This document shows positions 9,286-20,281 of a stretch of 64,000 nt of DNA, piece after piece; position 1 is the stretch's first letter; each line of letters opens with the position of its first letter. Source of the DNA: an uncultured Thermoleophilia bacterium (GTDB taxonomy: Bacteria; Actinomycetota; Thermoleophilia; UBA2241); NCBI GenBank assembly GCA_963777895.1, contig CAVZSF010000005.1, positions 1,159,949 to 1,223,948 of the forward strand, written 5' to 3'. The notes under the pieces were generated by a model. It did not search any database. It saw only the letters and a program-made list of their open reading frames with translations, and was not told the origin of the DNA. Both the position numbers and the translations under genes were made by a program.

Positions 9286-9457
9286 GCGTCAGCAGAGCCT
9301 GAAACGGCTGCAGGCCGTGGTCGGCCAGCTCGACGAGCTGGTCGGCCGCCTCGAAGAGGCATCGTCGGCGGAGGTGGAAATGAGCCTGCTCGAGCGTGCC
9401 ACCGAGCTCGCCGAAGAGGCCGGCCGCCTTCTGGAGCAGGTGGCCGAGGGCGCCTGA
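9278..9457 (+). CDS. xseB: Exodeoxyribonuclease VII small subunit
   Basis: The 59 aa helical protein (LKRLQAVVGQLDELVGRLEE...LLERATELAEEAGRLLE) sits immediately upstream of ispA-dxs, as in the E. coli and B. subtilis xseB-ispA-dxs arrangement. No xseA gene is adjacent. Confidence 0.65.
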   Translation: MAERQQSLKRLQAVVGQLDELVGRLEEASSAEVEMSLLERATELAEEAGRLLEQVAEGA

Positions 9458-10350
9458 TGGCCGGCGCGACGCGCGGCGAAGAGGCGCCCTACCCGGTCGA
9501 GCTGCAGCGCCTCGTTGACGCGTACCTCGAGGCTCTGGACTTCGGCGTGGACCGCCGGGCCGAGCGCCTCGTCGAAGCCATGCGCTACTCGCTCCTGGCC
9601 GGCGGCAAGCGCATTCGGCCGGTGCTCACCCTGGCGACCGCCCAGAGCCGGGGGGAGCGGCCGCAGGACGTGCTGCCCACGGCGGCCGCTCTCGAGCTCA
9701 TCCACACCTACTCGCTCATCCACGACGACCTGCCGGCGATCGACGACGACACGCTGCGTCGCGGGCGGCCGACGTGCCATGTCGCCTTCGGCGAGGACAT
9801 CGCGATCCTGGCCGGCGACGGCTTGTTCGCCGAGGCGTTCGGCCTGCTGCTCGGCGAGCAGCAGGCCCCGGCCGCGGCGCTGCTGGCCGCCGCCGCTGAG
9901 GTGGCGCGCGCCACGGGCGTACGCGGCATGGTCGGCGGCCAGTACATGGACGTCGTCGGAGACGCCCGCGGCGACGACGACCTGCGCGTGCTGCACGCCC
10001 TGAAGACGGGGCGCCTCATCGAGGCGGCCGTCGTCTGCGGCGCCCTGCTGACCGGGGCGGAGGGAGATGCCGTCACGCCGTACCGCGCGTTCGCCGGGGA
10101 GCTCGGCCTGCTCTTTCAGATAGTCGATGACATCCTCGATGAGGTGGCCGATTCGGCCGAGCTCGGCAAGAGCGCCGGCAAGGACCGCGCCCAGGACAAG
10201 ACCACCTACGTCTCGCGCTTCGGGGTCAAGGGCGCACGGCGGCTCGCCGCCGAGGCCTGCGCCCGCGCCGGCGAGTGCCTCGGGGCGTTGCCCGGCGATA
10301 CGGCCACGCTCGCCGTCCTCACCACGTACATCTTCCGACGCCGCCACTGA
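9457..10350 (+). CDS. ispA: Polyprenyl (farnesyl/geranylgeranyl) diphosphate synthase
   Basis: The protein carries LIHDDLPAIDDD (FARM motif) and DDILD (SARM motif). Confidence 0.85.
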   Translation: MAGATRGEEAPYPVELQRLVDAYLEALDFGVDRRAERLVEAMRYSLLAGGKRIRPVLTLATAQSRGERPQDVLPTAAALELIHTYSLIHDDLPAIDDDTLRRGRPTCHVAFGEDIAILAGDGLFAEAFGLLLGEQQAPAAALLAAAAEVARATGVRGMVGGQYMDVVGDARGDDDLRVLHALKTGRLIEAAVVCGALLTGAEGDAVTPYRAFAGELGLLFQIVDDILDEVADSAELGKSAGKDRAQDKTTYVSRFGVKGARRLAAEACARAGECLGALPGDTATLAVLTTYIFRRRH

Positions 10351-10372
10351 GCACCGCCAAGACCTGCGCCCG

Positions 10373-10448
10373 GGGACCGTTCCCCATCCGTGAGGTGCGG
10401 CCGGGACCGTTCCCGTCCGTGAGGTGCGGCCGGGACCGTTCCGGGGGA
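10373..10448. repeat. Tandem direct repeat of about 30 bp, 2.5 copies (gggaccgttccc[ca/g]tccgtgaggtgcggcc)
   Basis: The repeat is read directly from the sequence in the intergenic region between ispA and the SDR gene. Confidence 0.6.
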
Positions 10449-10496
10449 CAACCTCGGAGTGACACCGTACGCTTGGGCGATGCGAAAGGGACGGCC

Positions 10497-11486
10497 ATGA
10501 AGGTGTTCGTGGCCGGCGCCACAGGGACCATCGGGCGCCGGCTCGTTTCGTTGCTCGCCGGTGCCGGCCACGAGGTGGTCGGCATGAGCCGCGACGAGGG
10601 GCGTGCCGCGGCGTTGAGCGAGCTCGGCGCGCGCGGTGTGCTCGGCGACGCCTACGACCCCGCACGCCTCGCCCGGCTGCTCGCCGACGAGGCCCCCGAC
10701 GCCGTCGTCGACGAGCTCAGCGATCTGCCGCGCCGGCTGATCTCCGGCCGCGACAAGGACGTGTTCGCGGCCAACGCCCGCATCAGGACGGAGGGCGGGC
10801 GGAACCTCGTCAAGGCCGCCGTCGCCGCCGGTGTGCGCCGCGTCGTCGTACAGAGCTACGCGCACATCTACGCGCCGGTGGGCGGCTGGGTGAAGAGCGA
10901 GGACGCTCCGCTCAACCTCGACCCCCACCAGCCGGGGGTGCGGCGTCACAACGTCGAGGCGATCGCGGAGCTCGAGAAGATGGTGCTGGAGACGCCGGGC
11001 ATCGAGGGGGTGGCCTTGCGCTACGGTTCGTTCTACGGACCCGGGACGCCCTTCGCGTGGGACGGCTCGATCGCCGCGGAGGTCCGGCGCGGGCATTACT
11101 CGATCGTCGGGGACGGGCGTGGACGGACGTCGTTCATCCACGTCGACGACGCGGCCGCCGCCACGGTGCTCGCGCTCGTCGGGCCGCCCGGCGCGTACAA
11201 CATCTGCGACGACCATCCGGCCATGGAGATCGAGTGGCTGCCCTTCTACGCCGATCTGTTGGGCGCGGACCCTCCGCGCCACGTCTTCGGCTTCTTCCTG
11301 GAAGGGACGGGCCACGAGCACTTCGTGTACCGGACCTTGCGACAGCGGGGCGCCTCGAACCGGAAGGCCAAGGAGCAGCTCGGTCTGCAGTTGTGCTTCC
11401 CGAGCTGGCGGCAGGGCTTCCTCAGCGAGGCTCGCGCGGAGCGGGCCGCACGCGGTGAGCATGAGGCGCGCAGCGCCTCCGCCTGA
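10497..11486 (+). CDS. NAD(P)-dependent epimerase/oxidoreductase (NmrA/SDR family)
   Basis: The protein contains VFVAGATGTIGRRLV (a Rossmann fold). The gene is inserted between ispA and dxs. Confidence 0.75.
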   Translation: MKVFVAGATGTIGRRLVSLLAGAGHEVVGMSRDEGRAAALSELGARGVLGDAYDPARLARLLADEAPDAVVDELSDLPRRLISGRDKDVFAANARIRTEGGRNLVKAAVAAGVRRVVVQSYAHIYAPVGGWVKSEDAPLNLDPHQPGVRRHNVEAIAELEKMVLETPGIEGVALRYGSFYGPGTPFAWDGSIAAEVRRGHYSIVGDGRGRTSFIHVDDAAAATVLALVGPPGAYNICDDHPAMEIEWLPFYADLLGADPPRHVFGFFLEGTGHEHFVYRTLRQRGASNRKAKEQLGLQLCFPSWRQGFLSEARAERAARGEHEARSASA

Positions 11487-11546
11487 CCCTCGGCGACCCC
11501 GCCGGAAGACGCGGCTCGCGGCCCGGTCGGACCGCCGCGGGCCCGG

Positions 11547-11555
11547 TGCTATACT
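11547..11555 (+). promoter_or_regulatory. Extended -10 promoter element TGCTATACT for dxs (near-leaderless transcript)
   Basis: The motif lies 10 nt upstream of the dxs ATG and recurs upstream of several other genes in this window. Confidence 0.35.
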
Positions 11556-11564
11556 CCGCTGACG

Positions 11565-13448
11565 ATGGCCGCCGACCTGCTCTCCCGGGTGTCGGGCCCT
11601 TCCGACCTTCACGATCTCAGCGAGCCTGAGCTTACGCTGCTCGCCGAAGAGATCCGCGACCTTATCCTCGACTGTGTCAGCGAGGTGGGCGGGCATCTCG
11701 CCGCCAGCCTCGGCACCGTCGAGCTGACGGTCGCCCTTCACAGCATCCTCGGCAGCCCCGACGACCGCATCGTCTGGGACGTCGGCCATCAGTGCTACGC
11801 GCACAAGATCATCACGGGCCGCCGTGACTGCTTCGCCAGCATCCGTCAGTACGGCGGCCTCTCCGGCTTCCCGAACCGCGGCGAGTCCGAGCACGACATC
11901 ATCGGCACCGGGCACGCCTCGACCTCGATCAGCTACGGGCTGGGTCTCGTGCAGGCCGCCGAGCTCGCCGGCGCCGCCAAGGGTACCGTGGTCTGTGTCG
12001 TCGGCGACGGTGCGCTCACCGGCGGCGTAGCGTTCGAGGCTCTCAACCAGGTCGGGCAGTTGCGCACGCCGCTGGTGGTCGTGCTCAACGACAACCAGAT
12101 GTCTATCAAGCCCAACGTCGGCGCTCTGCAGCTGTACCTCAACCGCATCCGTCTCGACCCCGCGCTGTCGCGACTGCGCGAGGAGCTCGAGCGCAGCGTC
12201 TCGCGCATCCCGGGTATCGGCGACCGCGCCTATGCCCTGGGCAAGGACGTGAAGGAGTCGATGAAGGCTCTGCTCGTGCCCGGCATGCTCTTCGAGGAGC
12301 TCGGCTTCGCCTACATCGGCGTGGTCGACGGTCACGACATGCACGCCCTGCGCGCCAGCATCCAGCAGGCGATCGACACCGAACGTCCCGTGCTGGTGCA
12401 CGTGCACACCATCAAGGGCAAGGGCTACGAGCCCGCGGAGGAGCACCCCGAGCGCTTCCACGGTACCGGGCCCTTCCATCTGGGGAACGGCGACAGCAAG
12501 TCGAGGGCGGAGGGTACCACCTACACGGCCGCCTTCGGGGAGGCGCTCGTCGAGCTCGCAGAGCGGGACGAGCGCATCTGCGCGATCACGGCCGCGATGA
12601 CGCAGGGGACGGGTCTCGATGCCTTCGAGGAACGCTTCCCGGAGCGCTTCTACGACGTCGGCATCGCCGAGGAGCACGCCGCCGTCTTCGCCGCGGGCCT
12701 CGCCATCGGCGGGCGGCGGCCGGTCGTCGCCGTGTACTCCACCTTCCTGCAACGTGCCTTCGACATGCTCATCCAGGACGTGAGCCTGCAGCGTCTGCCG
12801 GTGGTCTTCGCCGTCGACCGCGCCGGTATCGTCGGCGACGACGGGCCGACGCACCACGGCGCCTTCGACCTCTCGTACCTGCGTCTGATCCCGAACCTCG
12901 TCGTGATGGCGCCGTCGAGCCAGGCGGAGCTGCAGCTCATGCTGCGCACCGCCTTCGAGTTCGACGGCCCGGTCGCGATCCGCTACCCGCGCGGCATGGC
13001 GGCCGTCTTCGAGCGGCCCGCGCTCGAACCGCTGCCGTTGGGCCGCGGCGTCGTACTCGAGGAGGGCCAAGAGGTCGCGCTCGTCGGCATCGGTTCAGGC
13101 GTCGGTATCGCTCGCGAAGCGGCCGCTCTGTTGCGCGAAGCAGGGGAGACGCCCACCGTCGTGGACGCGCGCTTCGTGAAGCCGCTCGACACCGCGCTGC
13201 TCGACCTGCTGGCGCGCGAACATCGCCGCATCGTGACCGTCGAGGAGAACGCGCTCGCCGGCGGCTTCGGCAGCGCCGTCCTCGAGCAGCTCGCCGGGGC
13301 CACCGTCGAGGTCGTCCGCTTCGGGTTGCCCGACGCCTTCGTGCCGCACGGCGGACGCGACCAGCTGCTGGCCGACATCGGCCTCACGCCGGCGGCGGTG
13401 GCCGCCGCGGCCGCGGTCCGTCCCGCCCGCCTGGCCCGCGTCAAGTAG
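11565..13448 (+). CDS. dxs: 1-deoxy-D-xylulose-5-phosphate synthase
   Basis: The protein has transketolase-like motifs (GHQCYAHKIITGRR, thiamine-diphosphate-binding GDG). It ends with TAG at 13446..13448. Confidence 0.95.
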   Translation: MAADLLSRVSGPSDLHDLSEPELTLLAEEIRDLILDCVSEVGGHLAASLGTVELTVALHSILGSPDDRIVWDVGHQCYAHKIITGRRDCFASIRQYGGLSGFPNRGESEHDIIGTGHASTSISYGLGLVQAAELAGAAKGTVVCVVGDGALTGGVAFEALNQVGQLRTPLVVVLNDNQMSIKPNVGALQLYLNRIRLDPALSRLREELERSVSRIPGIGDRAYALGKDVKESMKALLVPGMLFEELGFAYIGVVDGHDMHALRASIQQAIDTERPVLVHVHTIKGKGYEPAEEHPERFHGTGPFHLGNGDSKSRAEGTTYTAAFGEALVELAERDERICAITAAMTQGTGLDAFEERFPERFYDVGIAEEHAAVFAAGLAIGGRRPVVAVYSTFLQRAFDMLIQDVSLQRLPVVFAVDRAGIVGDDGPTHHGAFDLSYLRLIPNLVVMAPSSQAELQLMLRTAFEFDGPVAIRYPRGMAAVFERPALEPLPLGRGVVLEEGQEVALVGIGSGVGIAREAAALLREAGETPTVVDARFVKPLDTALLDLLAREHRRIVTVEENALAGGFGSAVLEQLAGATVEVVRFGLPDAFVPHGGRDQLLADIGLTPAAVAAAAAVRPARLARVK

Positions 13449-14258
13449 GCGGCTACGGCCCGTCCGCGTCTCGACTCGCTGCTCGTCGAGCGCGGCCTCT
13501 TCGCGACCCGCGCCCAGGCGCGCGCCGCCGTGCTCGCCGGCGAGGTCAGCGTGGACGGCGCACGCGCCGACAAGCCGGGCATGCCCGTCGCTCTGTCGTC
13601 CGTGCTCGCCGTCGCCGCGCGCGCCCGCTTCGTCTCGCGCGGCGGCGACAAGCTCGACCACGCGCTGGCCGCCTTCGGCGTCGACGTCGGCGGGGAGGAG
13701 GCGCTCGACGTGGGCAGTTCCACGGGAGGCTTCGTGGATCGTCTGCTGCAGGGCGGCGCCACCCACGTCGTCGCCGTCGACGTCGGCTACGGACAGCTCG
13801 ACTGGGGCCTGCGGCAGGACGCGCGCGTGACCGTCCTGGAACGCACCAACAGCCGTGACCTGAAGCCGGGCGACCTTCCGTATCGACCTTCGTTTGTCAC
13901 CGCCGACCTCTCGTTCATCTCCCTCACGGTGGCCCTCGGCCCGGTGCTAGAATGCCTGCGCGCCGGGTACCGGGGCCTCGTGCTCGTCAAGCCGCAGTTC
14001 GAGGCAGGGCGCGAGCGCGTCGGCAAGGGCGGGGTGGTGCGCGACCCGCAGGTGCACCGCGAGGTGCTCGAGCGGGTCGGGTCCTGGCTCGCCGGCCGGG
14101 GCGCGGCGGTGCTCGGCATGAGCGACTCCGGTCATCCCGGCCCGAAGGGGAACGTGGAGTACTTCATCTACTTCTGCGACGGCGGCTCGCCGGCGGCGGC
14201 CCGGGCGGTCGAGCCCGCCCCCGCCGCGGCTCTCGCGGTCGCCGCTGTCCATGGCTGA
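13449..14258 (+). CDS. tlyA: TlyA family rRNA (cytidine-2'-O)-methyltransferase; start codon unclear
   Basis: An S4-like N-terminus (RLDSLLVERGLFATRAQARAAVLAGEVSVDG) is followed by an FtsJ-like methyltransferase domain (DVGSSTGGF). The N-terminus begins immediately after the dxs TAG in the same frame, with no ATG or GTG available. Confidence 0.75.
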   Translation, partial: AATARPRLDSLLVERGLFATRAQARAAVLAGEVSVDGARADKPGMPVALSSVLAVAARARFVSRGGDKLDHALAAFGVDVGGEEALDVGSSTGGFVDRLLQGGATHVVAVDVGYGQLDWGLRQDARVTVLERTNSRDLKPGDLPYRPSFVTADLSFISLTVALGPVLECLRAGYRGLVLVKPQFEAGRERVGKGGVVRDPQVHREVLERVGSWLAGRGAAVLGMSDSGHPGPKGNVEYFIYFCDGGSPAAARAVEPAPAAALAVAAVHG

Positions 14259-15174
14259 GCCGCTCCGCCGCGTCGCCGTCCTCACGCACGGCCCCGACGA
14301 CGAGGCGCGGCGTGGCGATCTGCCGGCCGCCGGTGGCCTGCCGGCCGTCACCGCCATCGCCGCGCAGGCGGTCAAGGACCTTGCCGTCGCGGCCCCCGAC
14401 CTCGGCGTCGAGCTCCTCATGACGGCGGCGGAGGCGCAGCGGCACCCTGGCGCCGCCTCGCTCGGCTACGCCATCATCGGCGATGACGAGGTGACCGCCG
14501 CCGACGTCTGCCTCGTCTTCGGCGGCGACGGCACCATCCTCCGCGCCCTCGGGCGCTTCGTCGGCACCGGCCTGCCCACGCTCGGCGTCAACTTCGGCCA
14601 CGTCGGCTTCCTGGCCAGCCTGCCTCGCGAGGGCTGGCTCGACGGTCTCGCCGCCTTCGTCGCCGGCGACCACCGCGTCGTCGACCTGCTCACCGTCGAC
14701 GTGTGGCTGGACGGCGAGCGCCACACGGGCGTCAACGACGTCATCCTCAGCCGGACGGCGCTGCGTCACGTGCTCCACCTCGAGTACGCCGTGTCGGACG
14801 TCACTATCGGCCGCATGCTCTGCGACGGCCTGATCGTCGCCTCACCGGCCGGGTCCACCGCCTACAACCTCTCCTGCGACGGCCCGATCGTGGAATGGGA
14901 CGCGACCGTGCTCGTGCTCAACTTCATCGCGCCGCACTCGCTGGGGTTCCGTCCCGTGGTGCTGCGACCCGAGCACCAGATCGACGTGCGCAACGTCTCG
15001 CCGCTCGAGGAGTGCGAGATCGTCGTCGACGGCCGCCCGGTCGGCCGCCTCTGCTGCGGCGAGCAAGTGCGGATCGTCGCCGGCGACCGCCGGGCGCGGC
15101 TGATGGTGCGCGCCAAGGGGTCCTTCTATCAGAACGTCGAGGAGAAGCTCTTCGACCGGGCGGGGACTCCCTGA
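14251..15174 (+). CDS. nadK: NAD kinase
   Basis: The protein contains GGDGTILRA and NFGHVGFL. Confidence 0.9.
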   Translation: MAEPLRRVAVLTHGPDDEARRGDLPAAGGLPAVTAIAAQAVKDLAVAAPDLGVELLMTAAEAQRHPGAASLGYAIIGDDEVTAADVCLVFGGDGTILRALGRFVGTGLPTLGVNFGHVGFLASLPREGWLDGLAAFVAGDHRVVDLLTVDVWLDGERHTGVNDVILSRTALRHVLHLEYAVSDVTIGRMLCDGLIVASPAGSTAYNLSCDGPIVEWDATVLVLNFIAPHSLGFRPVVLRPEHQIDVRNVSPLEECEIVVDGRPVGRLCCGEQVRIVAGDRRARLMVRAKGSFYQNVEEKLFDRAGTP

Positions 15175-15280
15175 CGGGGCGGATGGCCCCGCGCCCGATG
15201 TACGGCCGCGTTCCGTGGACGAGGCGGTCGAGCCCCTGGTGCGCCCGGCACGTCGTCCTCGCTCCTGCCATGGGAAGCTG

Positions 15281-17080
15281 ATGCTCGCCGAGCTCGCGAT
15301 CGACGACCTCGTGCTCATCGCCCGGGCGCGGCTCGAGCTGAGCCCCGGCTTGAACGTGATCACCGGCGAGACCGGCGCCGGCAAGACGCTGCTCGCCCAG
15401 GCGGTCGGCCTGCTCATGGGGCAGAAGGGCGGCGAGGAGATGATCCGGCCGGGCGCCGACCGGGCCCTCGTGCAGGCAGTCTTCGAGAGCGGGGAGGAGA
15501 CCCTGGCGGTGGCGCGCGAGCTGCCGCGAGGCGGACGTTCGCGCGCCCACATGGACGGCCTTCTAAGCTCCGCCGGCGCCATCGAGGAGGCGCTGCGCGA
15601 GCGTCTCGCGTTCTACGGCCAGCTCGAGCACTCGCGTCTGCTTCAGCTCGAGCGGCAGCTCGACCTGCTCGACGCGTTCGCGAGCGAGACGGTGGGGCCG
15701 CTGCAAGAGGAGTACACGAGGTCGTTCGCGGCCGCCCAGCGGCTCGTCAGGCAGCTTGCCGAGTTGCGCGGCGCGGGACGCGAGCGCGAACGCGAGCTCG
15801 ACATGCTGCGCTTTCAGGCCGGTGAGATCGAGGCAGCCGGCATCGAGCCCGGGGAGGACGCGCGCCTGGCGCGGGAGCGCGAGCGCGCGCGTCACGCAGG
15901 CAAGCTGCTGGAGCAGACGGGCAGTGCGCTCGCGCTGGTCGCCGGCGAGAGCGAGGCGGCGGCGCTCGATGGGCTGCGCGTCGCGCAGCGCCTTGTCGGC
16001 GACGCCGCCGCCCTGGACGAGAGCCTGGCGACGCTGGCTCAGCGCCTCGACGCGCTCAGCGCCGAGACCGACGATGTCGCCGCGGCGCTGCGCGCCTACG
16101 TGGACGACCTCGAGGTGGATCCGGCTCGGCGCGATGCGCTCGAGCTGCGCCACGACAAGCTCAAGGCCCTGATGCGCAAGTACGGCGGGTCGGCGGACGA
16201 GGTGCTCGCCTACGCGGCGCAGGCGCGCTAGCGCATCGCGCTGCTCGAGGAGTACGAGGCCAACGAGGAGCAGCTCACCGCGCAGGCTGCGGCAGCGCAG
16301 CGGGCGGCGCTGGAGGGGGCGGCGCGGCTCGCCGAAGCCCGTCGCGTCGCCGCCCCGGACTTCGCCGCCCGTGTGGCCGACGAGCTTCGGCGGCTCGCCA
16401 TGCCGCACGCGCGCTTCGAGGTCGAGCTGACGCCACGTCCCGTCGCCCAGGACGCCGGCGCACAGACTGCGGCGGTCGGCAGCCCAGGGACTGCGTCGGG
16501 CGACGTCGGACTGCCGGAGGATGGCGACGGTGCCGCACCAGGGCCCACAAGCGCGGACGCCGGCGGTGACGCGGCGTCCAGCGAGCCGGGCCTGGCGGCG
16601 CGCTTCGCGGCGCTCGGTCCTCGCGGCGCCGACGACGTCGAGTTCCTCTTCGGGGCCAACCCCGGCGTGCCGCTGCGGCCGCTGCGCGAGACGGCCTCCG
16701 GGGGCGAGCTCTCTCGCGCGATGCTCGCCATCCGCGGCATGGTGACGCTTGGCGACGACGTCGAGACGCTGATCTTCGACGAGGTCGACACCGGCATCGG
16801 CGGGGTGACGGCGGCGGCGCTCGGCGAGCGCCTCTCGGCGCTCGCCGAGCGCCGCCAGATCGTGTGCATCACCCACCTGCCGCAGGTCGCCGCCTACGCC
16901 GATCGCCACTTCGCCATCGTGAAGCGTGCCGACGCCGCGGCCGGCGTCACCGAGACCGAGGTGCGTCTGGTCGACGGCGAGGAGCGCGTCGCCGAGCTGT
17001 GCCGCATGCTCGGCGCCTCTCCGGACGACGAGGGCGCCCGCAGCCACGCCGAGGGCCTGCTGGCGCGCGCCGCGGGCTGA
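15281..17080 (+). CDS. recN: DNA repair protein RecN, interrupted by an in-frame TAG at 16229..16231
   Basis: The N-terminal Walker A motif (GETGAGKT) is in ORF 15215..16231. The C-terminal signature and Walker B motifs (SGGELSRAMLAI, LIFDEVDTGIGG) are in ORF 16373..17080, in the same frame. The two parts are separated only by a TAG codon. Confidence 0.85.
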
Positions 17081-17144
17081 CCGGCCGTCGTGCAGCCGGC
17101 CCTGCCGTGCCCGGTTCTCCCGTGGCCGTGCCGGCCCTCCCGTC

Positions 17145-17153
17145 TGCTATACT
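17145..17153 (+). promoter_or_regulatory. Extended -10-like element TGCTATACT upstream of pyrG (leader of about 200 nt)
   Basis: This is the same motif seen upstream of dxs. Confidence 0.3.
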
Positions 17154-17337
17154 CGCCTCCGTGATCCGTGGGCCCGCCGCTCGACCAGTCGCGCCTGCCC
17201 GTACTCAGCAGACGGGCGCGACCCAGGCCCCGCAAAATCCCCCGTTCTTCCGCATCTGCGTCGCCGTGCCGTGCGCGCGCCTCCTGGTGGGCGCTCTCGC
17301 GGGTCCGGGCGGCGGCGACCGCGCGGGCGGGGACTGA

Positions 17338-19047
<1,710 letters not shown>

Positions 19048-19087
19048 GAAGCGGCGTGGCCCCGAGACCGGCGATGAGCGGAGGACT

Positions 19088-20275
19088 GTGATGGGCGCTA
19101 CCCTCGAAGGCCTGACCGACCTCTTCGTGCGTCTCGCCGAGATCACGTCGCCCTCGGGGCGCGAGCGCGGCGTCGCCGACCTCGTCATCGCCTTCGCACG
19201 TGACTTCGGCTTCGAGGTCGTCGAGGACGAGGCCGCCGGAGCGACCGACGCCGGGTCCGGCAACGTCGTGGTGCGGGTGCCGGCCGCGGCCGCCGGCGCC
19301 CCGGCCGGCACTGAGAGTGGCGACTCGCGCAGCGCCGAGGGTGGCGCTTCAGCCGGTATCCCGATCGCTCTGGTCGCCCACATGGACACCGTCCCCGTCG
19401 AAGGCGAGGTCCGCGTCGTCATCGAGAACGGCGTGGCGCGCAGCGCCGGAGACACGATCCTGGGCGGCGACGACAAGGCGGCCGTGACGGTCCTGCTCGC
19501 GCTGATCGCCGACTTCGCCGTCGAGCCGCCGCCCGTCGACGTGGACGTCGTCTTCACCGTCAGCGAAGAGGTCGGCCTGCTGGGCGCGAAGCACCTGGAC
19601 TTGAGCTTGCTTCGCGCCAAGGCGGGCTTCGTCTTCGACAGCGAGGGGCCGGTGGGCACGGTGGTCATGAGCGCCCCGTCCCTGACGCTCGTGGACGCCG
19701 ACTTCCGCGGCAAGGCCGCGCACGCCGGTATCGAGCCCGAGAAGGGGCGCAGCGCGCTCGTGGCCGCGGCCAGGGCCGTTGCTGCGATGCGGCTCGGGCG
19801 CCTCGACGACGAGACCACCGCCAACGTGGGGCGCATCGAGGGCGGCAGCGCCACCAACGTCATCACCGAGCGCTGCCGTCTCTCAGGTGAGGCCCGCAGC
19901 CGCGACCGCGACAAGCTTGCCGCGGCGGTCGCCGAGATGATCGGCGCCGTGAACCTCGCGGCGGCCGAGGTCGGCGTGGATGTCTCGCTCGCGGTGGACG
20001 AGGATTTCGTCGGTTTCGCGCTGAAGCGCGACGATCTGCCGGTGCGTCTGGCGAGCGCGGCGATGGCCGCCGCCGGCGTCGAGGCGCGCTACATCGGCAC
20101 CGGGGGCGGATCGGACACGAACGTGTTCAACCAGCGCGGCCTGCCCTGCGTCACCCTCGGCGTCGGCTTCGAAAACGTGCACTCGTCCCAGGAGACGCTC
20201 GTGCTCGCCCGTCTGCTCGACCTGTACGCGGTCGGCCGCGGGCTCGTCGAGGCCGCGGGCCGCACGGCGTCGTAA
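19088..20275 (+). CDS. M20 family metallopeptidase (peptidase T-like)
   Basis: The protein contains HMDTV, GGDDKAAV and SEEVGLLGA. Confidence 0.7.
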   Translation: MMGATLEGLTDLFVRLAEITSPSGRERGVADLVIAFARDFGFEVVEDEAAGATDAGSGNVVVRVPAAAAGAPAGTESGDSRSAEGGASAGIPIALVAHMDTVPVEGEVRVVIENGVARSAGDTILGGDDKAAVTVLLALIADFAVEPPPVDVDVVFTVSEEVGLLGAKHLDLSLLRAKAGFVFDSEGPVGTVVMSAPSLTLVDADFRGKAAHAGIEPEKGRSALVAAARAVAAMRLGRLDDETTANVGRIEGGSATNVITERCRLSGEARSRDRDKLAAAVAEMIGAVNLAAAEVGVDVSLAVDEDFVGFALKRDDLPVRLASAAMAAAGVEARYIGTGGGSDTNVFNQRGLPCVTLGVGFENVHSSQETLVLARLLDLYAVGRGLVEAAGRTAS

Positions 20276-20281
20276 GGTCCG

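Noticed and set aside
15175-15281. LexA/SOS box upstream of recN, and upstream of dprA and the sbcD-like gene
   Set aside because: No TCGAAC-N4-GTTCGA or GAAC-N4-GTTC motif is present in these upstream regions.
13446-16231. Possibility that TAG is a sense codon, suggested by the recN internal TAG and the dxs-tlyA in-frame junction
   Set aside because: TAG terminates dxs, cdsA and the sigma factor at positions that match the expected protein lengths, and a Dxs-TlyA fusion makes no biological sense.
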